A DNA stretch of 38,518 nucleotides from Nemertoderma westbladi (Eukaryota > Animalia > Xenacoelomorpha): NCBI GenBank assembly GCA_032718475.1, contig JAUCBJ010003657.1:1-38518 (forward strand), given 5' to 3'. The translations under genes and the position numbers were made by a program. Positions 32,501 to 38,518 of this stretch are shown here, piece by piece (the first letter of the stretch is position 1; each line of letters begins with the position of its first letter). The notes under the pieces were generated by a model that saw nothing but the letters and a program-made list of their open reading frames with translations, did not search any database and was not told where the DNA came from.

Positions 32501-32983
32501 ACTAGTTTTTCTAATTAAGGTAAAGTACGGATTCGTACGAAATAGTTTTTTTATTTTATGATTTTAATTCTAAAGGTTAGCGAATTGTGCGCAGGTACGG
32601 TGTTGAGTTGATGTTTAGGATAAAGCTGTAATATTAAGCTTAAATAAAAATATAAATATCAGACGAATTGCTACATTGCTAATTATTTACAACGTGGCTT
32701 GTTTGGTAAGGTATGAGACATGATCAGATGCATCTGATTTCAGATGATCTGAATCTGATATTCGATATTAATTTAATATTGCTTGCATGGGTTCCTATTG
32801 GTTTGGGGGCATTTTAAATGACATAATTTATGCAATTTAATTTCAATTTAGCCAATAATATTCTTACAAATGATTAAGGCGGCAATGTGCCGCCCAAGGG
32901 GTTCTAATGAAAGATTTAACAAATTTCGAAAATGGCTAGAGGTGGCCATGTCTTCCTTTGATTGTAGGATAAGTATAATAATA

Positions 32984-33504
32984 TGGTCATCCTCTTCTTT
33001 ATATAAAAATCTCTGGGAACGACAAGAAAATAAACCTTGGTCCGATCAAATATATTTTGTTCGTCATTGGATGTAAAAATTTATGTACAGTAATTTATCT
33101 TTAGTACGCAAAGGTTTAAGGAAACATCCAACCCACACTAGATGAGGTACAGCTTCCATTCTTTGTCGCGCCGCAGACGCCTGTTGGATTTACTGCGATA
33201 GGAAAGGAGCTGCTTCTGACATCAGAGAGCTTTATGCAATCAATATAGTCTCAAATGGAATCAAAGGCGGCAAGTATTAAGACCTATTATTGAACAATTA
33301 TTAGTAACTAACCTTAGTATAGATACCATTGTATGTTAATTTATCACTTTAAATTACATTCTTATGATTAACGGTCACAGACAGACTGCTTGGCGCCTGG
33401 CTTCCGCCAAGTTTTACAACATCGTCATGACCAACTACAGATACGACCCGCCAAGCTGCTGCAAATCCCCTAAATTTAGTGGGTCAGTTATTTCTCTTAC
33501 ATAG
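32984..33504. repeat. Interspersed repeat family A, uninterrupted copy (unclassified)
   Basis: Highly similar to 23882-24401. Confidence 0.9.
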
Positions 33505-34224
33505 AATCCCTGAAACCAGTGTCGCAGCCACTACTACTATTACTACTATTACTACTATTACAATTTAGACCTGATACTTAGGAAACCCAGGAATGTCACC
33601 TCTAGACCAATCTGCTTTATCCAAAATAAACATATAGACACTTTTTAGGCGATTCATAACTTCGGCCTTTGGGAGATATATTTCTTTACGTTTCTTTCAT
33701 CATCATCTTATCATTACCAACAACATTTAGCTCATTTATCACACATCAAACCATACAGTAGGGCCTTATGCACTGCTGGCGCATCCCGGGGCTCACGGAC
33801 AACGGCTGTCACTCATCCTGGACCAGCACTGCATTGTTCATTTGCCAAAAAGTAACGGCAGCCACACTCTTTAAATCACTTAGCTTTAAGTCTGCCTACA
33901 GTACCTGTCTGAAGTCTGCATGTGTCAGTGCGTGCTGTGCACTTCTTACTGCTGTTACTGTTTATACTTTTGGTTTATTTGTATGTACAGTATTTATATT
34001 TCGCCAGTCAGTTAGGTTGTACTGTACCCATCTTGTTCATATATATATTTCTTGAGCAGTAGGCCTATGCCTCTTCTTGTACTCAATTGAAACCTAGAGT
34101 AGTTGCTTCCGTTTCTCCGGTTCTGGGAGTTTCTAGTAAACAATTTTGGTCCTAATTATTCTTACTTTTGGTTCTTTCTTATTTTGGTTGCATGTACTTA
34201 GGCGGTTGGTTTGTACTTTATTGG

Positions 34225-36233
34225 TATCAGTTTTGGGTTTCATCTATCTACTATCTGTCTGATTTCTTTTAGTTCTGTATTTCAGTAGGCCTACCTATTC
34301 TTTTGCGTTTCCTGTGATATTGGTCAACCGGTGCAATGCCGTATTTACAGTACATAGGGATAGGGATTCAAAAGTACACCGCTGACGATGGAGCTGTGTT
34401 TCCCTGGGTACAGTGTTTAAATCCTGAAAACCTTTATTTTTATATTTTACAGTATTATTTTTTTGAGCGAAGGTGAAGACGGCTAAGTAGTAAACATCCT
34501 GAAAATAATTTCATATTTCAATTATTCCGCTATATTAATATATTAGATTACAGTATTATATAATTTCCAACGTTTCAACTACACAGTAGCCATCATCAGG
34601 GATAAACAAACCATAAAAAGAAGCAAAGAATGAATTGATTAAATTGATTAAATTAAAATGATTAAATTGAAAAATTTATTTAGACATAAAATATGAAAAC
34701 AATAAAATATAGGACATGGGGTCTTATTCCCTCAGATACTACCTAGCATTTAGGGCCACTTGGGCCACTGTTAGTACTCAGGCACTGAGGCCCATTAATA
34801 AACAAAATACCCAATCGATTTTAGTGCTACATAACCCAACCCAACTTCCACAAGAAAAACTACACCAAACCATACAGTAACGACAGGTTCCGGTAAGTAT
34901 TGCACGAAATAGGCTATCCCATAAATTACGAAAAATATAGGACATTTTGTCCGCCGAAAAAGGTAAGTCTAAGTAATAAATTTTATAAAAATAAAAGGGT
35001 TTCGGAGATTTAAACACTGAACCCTGGGATTCGTGGTTCTCCTCATCAGCAGTGTGCCACGAACCCCACCTCTACCCTAACAAAACTGCACCACTAAATT
35101 AAGACAATGACCAATAAATTAGAAATCCTACCGTACCACCGAACAGAGTTGAAACCACCCACCCCCAATGTATGTTACCATCAGCCCCAAATGCATAAAC
35201 ATGATTTCCCAACTGGATGCAACCAACCCCAATTAGCACCTACCGGTATGTACAGATATATGATCAGATTTTTAAACAAAATTGCGCAGATGTCAGAAAA
35301 TACCCCTTTAATTATATAATTATATGATGTTGACAACCACGACTTTAGAGGGATTGTAATATTAATATTAAAACAATAAAATAGGACATGGGGTCTATTC
35401 CCTCAGATACTACCTAGCATTTAGAGCCACTTGGGCCACTGTTAGTACTCAGGCACTAGGCCCATCAAAAAACACAAAACAAAATACCAAATCGATTTTA
35501 GTGCTACATAAACCCAACCCAACTACCACAAGAAAAATTGCACCAAACCATACAGTAACTACAGGTTCCGGTAAGTATTGCACGAAATAGGCTATCCCAT
35601 AAATTACGAAAAATATAGGACATTTTGTCCTCCGAAAAAGGTAAGTCTAAGTAATAAATTTTATAAAAATAAAAGGGTTTTGGAGATTTAAACACTGAAC
35701 CCTGGGATTCGTGGTTCTCCTCATCAGCAGTGTGCCACGAACCCCACCTCTACCCTAACAAAAGCATATTCAAATAGCCTATTTCGTGCAATACTTACCG
35801 GTTTAATTATCAGTTTTGGGTTTCATCTATCTACTATCTGTCTGATTTCTTTCATTTCTGTATTTCAGTAGGCCTACCTATTCTTTTGCGTTTCCTGTAA
35901 TATTGGTCAATTCGTGCAATGCTGTATTTACAGTAAATAGGGATAGGGATTCAAAAGTACACAGCTGACGATGGAGCTGTGTTTGCCTGGGTACAGTGTT
36001 TAAATCCTAAAAACCTTTATTTATATTTTACTGTATTAGATTTTTGAGCAAAGGTGAAGACGGAACAGAAAGGTGAGTATTAAACATACTGAAAGTAATT
36101 TTATATTTCAATTATTCCGCTTTCTTATTAATATATTATATAACAGTATTACTGTATTATATAATTTCCAACGTTTCAACTACACAGTAGCCATCATCAG
36201 GGATAAACAAACCATAAAAAGAAGCAAAGAATG
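34225..36233. repeat. Local A-B-x-B-A duplication complex
   Basis: A: 34225-34632 and 35808-36233; B: 34696-35085 and 35370-35763; all in direct orientation. Confidence 0.9.
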
Positions 36234-36323
36234 CAGGATAGTAATCACAAAAATTAAACTGAAGAATTATTAAGATCTATGTAAAAGTGATAACTGTAAA
36301 CTACAGTAGTACCGGTAGGTAGG

Positions 36324-37352
36324 TGTAAAGGCTTTTGCGGATCTAGCTAGTCATTTTCCCCGCAAAGTACTCTGTAGGTGTTTTAGCGGACATAAAAAGC
36401 CGTTTTCTTACTGTGTAGGTGTTTTAGTGGACATAAAAAGCCATTTTTCTGTATGTGTACTTTAGCGGACATAACAAGCCATTTTATGCCGCAATGCGCC
36501 AAAATACTCTTAATACAGTGTAGTTCAGATGACGACATCTATCAGCTGATATGTCGATGTGGAGCTTTTTGGCTTTCTTTGTTCGGCTCACTCGACCAAT
36601 CAGAGCGATTTTCATTTTATCTTGCACAGAAGCCTACGGAAGATCGCGCAATGCATTATGGTCTTTGTTTACCTTTTTCCCTGAGCCCAGAACATCGGCT
36701 TTGGAATTATTCTGTGTTTCAGACTTTATCCAAGCATTAGAACGGCTTTGATCATAGAAACGTATAACTGTTATCACAATACATAATTCATAACTCAAAT
36801 ACTATACATACCTTTCACCGCATTATTTTACTGCTATTCACTGTCGATTATTAGTTGTTATCAGTTGATTGAATGTTGTTATATTTGGAGAATATCGATA
36901 AATAATCAGAAAACCCCAATCTTCTTGATATACTAAAGGTTAGAGAGACCGTTTACATATAGCAATTGCGACTTACATTAAAGTGGTTTTGGAGTGGATT
37001 GAATGCTATTTCATAGACCCTACATGTGTCAGTTGCTGTTCTCCTTATATATGATCAAATTTAGTGAAGGTCGGCAGATCAGTGTGCAGCAGTGTGCGGT
37101 AGTGTGCATGAATGTGATAGATAACAAAGCATTTCCTAAAGTATGCGCTTTATACGTAAATCATTAGCCATCCCGTTGTGTTTAGTGTAAGTCATAACTC
37201 TGTTTACATACTTAGAGCGCCACGTCCTAAAGGAACTGTTAATATTTCCCGAAAGTGAATAATATTTGTCAGAGATATTATAGTAACGATCAATCGAATA
37301 ATACAGTAGGTCTACACCGCAATAAGGTCAGAGCATCCGAATCCAGTCTCCC
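36324..37352 (+). mobile_element. Diverged sister-family 5' LTR (36324-37208) plus truncated leader (37209-37352)
   Basis: Starts TGTAAAGGCTTTTGCGG, ends TGTTTACA; its 3' half and following leader align to the reverse complement of about 16815-17390; homology stops at CCAGTCTCCC. Confidence 0.9.
36373..36486. repeat. About 42-bp degenerate tandem repeat (3 copies) in the U3 of the sister LTR
   Basis: TGTAGGTGTTTTAGYGGACATAAAAAGCC repeated. Confidence 0.8.
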
Positions 37353-37736
37353 TTAAGCCCAGTTAGCAAGTACAGTACCGAGGTACAAACACTTGAGTCT
37401 ATATCTCCACAGCGACAAGGGTATTGAGTTGCCCTTTACCAATGAGGGTCGAATTTTTGTTGTAGAAAATTTGGTTCTAAATTTGATGTTTTGTGGTTCT
37501 AAAATCGGTTTCAGCAGGCGTTTTAGGCGGCCTTTGAGAAGACTTGAAGATTTACACCCCCCCCCCCCCCTTTTTGGTAAATCAACTGTGCTCAAGACGG
37601 CCAAGTAAGGTTAGGTTGAACACAGTGGCAGCATATGATGGTATTGACAGATGGGTGGCCATGAGTAGGTAAATTGCGGACATACAAGGTATCAGGAATC
37701 AGGTAGTCGTAGTGTTTCCAGGTCTATATTTTACCT

Positions 37737-37810
37737 GAGCCGCTAGCTGAATGGTTAGAGCATCAGATTTCCAAACCGGAGTTCACCAGTTCGATCCCAC
37801 CTGGACGTCA
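37737..37810 (+). pseudogene. Degenerate tRNA-derived sequence / SINE head
   Basis: TAGCTGAATGGTTAGAGC A box and AGTTCGATCCC B box at tRNA spacing; stems poorly paired. Confidence 0.55.
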
Positions 37811-38518
37811 TTGCCGACTTTTCAAAAACTGTGCCCAACAAAAAGTTAGAATAATTTTATATAGCGCAGATAACACAGAAGAGCCGGAGGATGCTATAAG
37901 GTTACCCGTGAGGTATCTCAATATATTAACTCCACCAGGACTTCCACCGCCTTGGTTCTAAAGGTTGGAAAAACTGTTTCACAAAAACTATTTTTTTATT
38001 TCTTTGGCTTCTATGAAAAACTGAAATGTAATAACAAAATTAGATTGTTTATGCAGGTTTAGTGAATTATTGTGTGAATTTTAATTAAATATAGGCTAAT
38101 CTAATGCATGTCGTTATTCCTGCCTAGGCCTATAGATAGACTCGAAAATATTATTTCAGGTTGGCATTATTCTTATGCTGTTTAGAAACTTGAACTCCCC
38201 GCCCGTCAAGGACTTTGCAATGGGACCCGCCTCATTCTGGATAAAGTCTGCGGTCGCCTACTACAATACAATATTGCCAGTGGTAAGTTTCAAACAATAA
38301 TAAAACCCCAATTATTCTTCCCTTTCGTCACTTTATTTAGGTTATTGTTAACAAACTTTTTTTGAGGTAGGCCTACATTTACACTTATTAAAGTTTAATT
38401 ATTTATTACAAAGTATAACTTTTTTCCACTATTCTCGAGGCATTTTATTTACCGAGCGTTTTTCCCCCATAAAATGCGTAATTTTATTCTCAAACATTTT
38501 TGTTGCTCAATTCTTTAA

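Noticed and set aside
31014-38518. Host exons among the short ORFs of the distal region
   Set aside because: No recognisable domains or coding bias; small exons cannot be excluded without RNA-seq.

Overview
AT-rich, repeat-dense eukaryotic (invertebrate-like) DNA with no recognisable host gene. The main feature is a young, ~15.0 kb BEL/Pao LTR retrotransposon on the minus strand (2798-17793) with near-identical LTRs. It keeps Gag, the zinc knuckles and the protease, but has lost RT, most of RNase H and integrase. In the env position it carries a large accessory coding region with a DEDDy (RNase D/WRN/MUT-7/EXD-type) 3'-5' exonuclease-like domain, three CCHC-type knuckles and a basic tail. Its coding regions are broken at three junctions, all needing a +1 shift near a UGA. 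It also has a non-canonical PBS, an 18-nt LTR/leader complementarity and duplicated hairpins. A diverged LTR plus leader of a sister family lies at 36324-37352. The rest is nested TE debris: hAT, Sola-like and IS3EU-like non-autonomous elements, LINE and CRE-like fragments, tRNA-like remnants, micro/minisatellites, a 3-kb tandem duplication and a local A-B-B-A rearrangement. All family calls come from motif recognition by eye, not from database searches.
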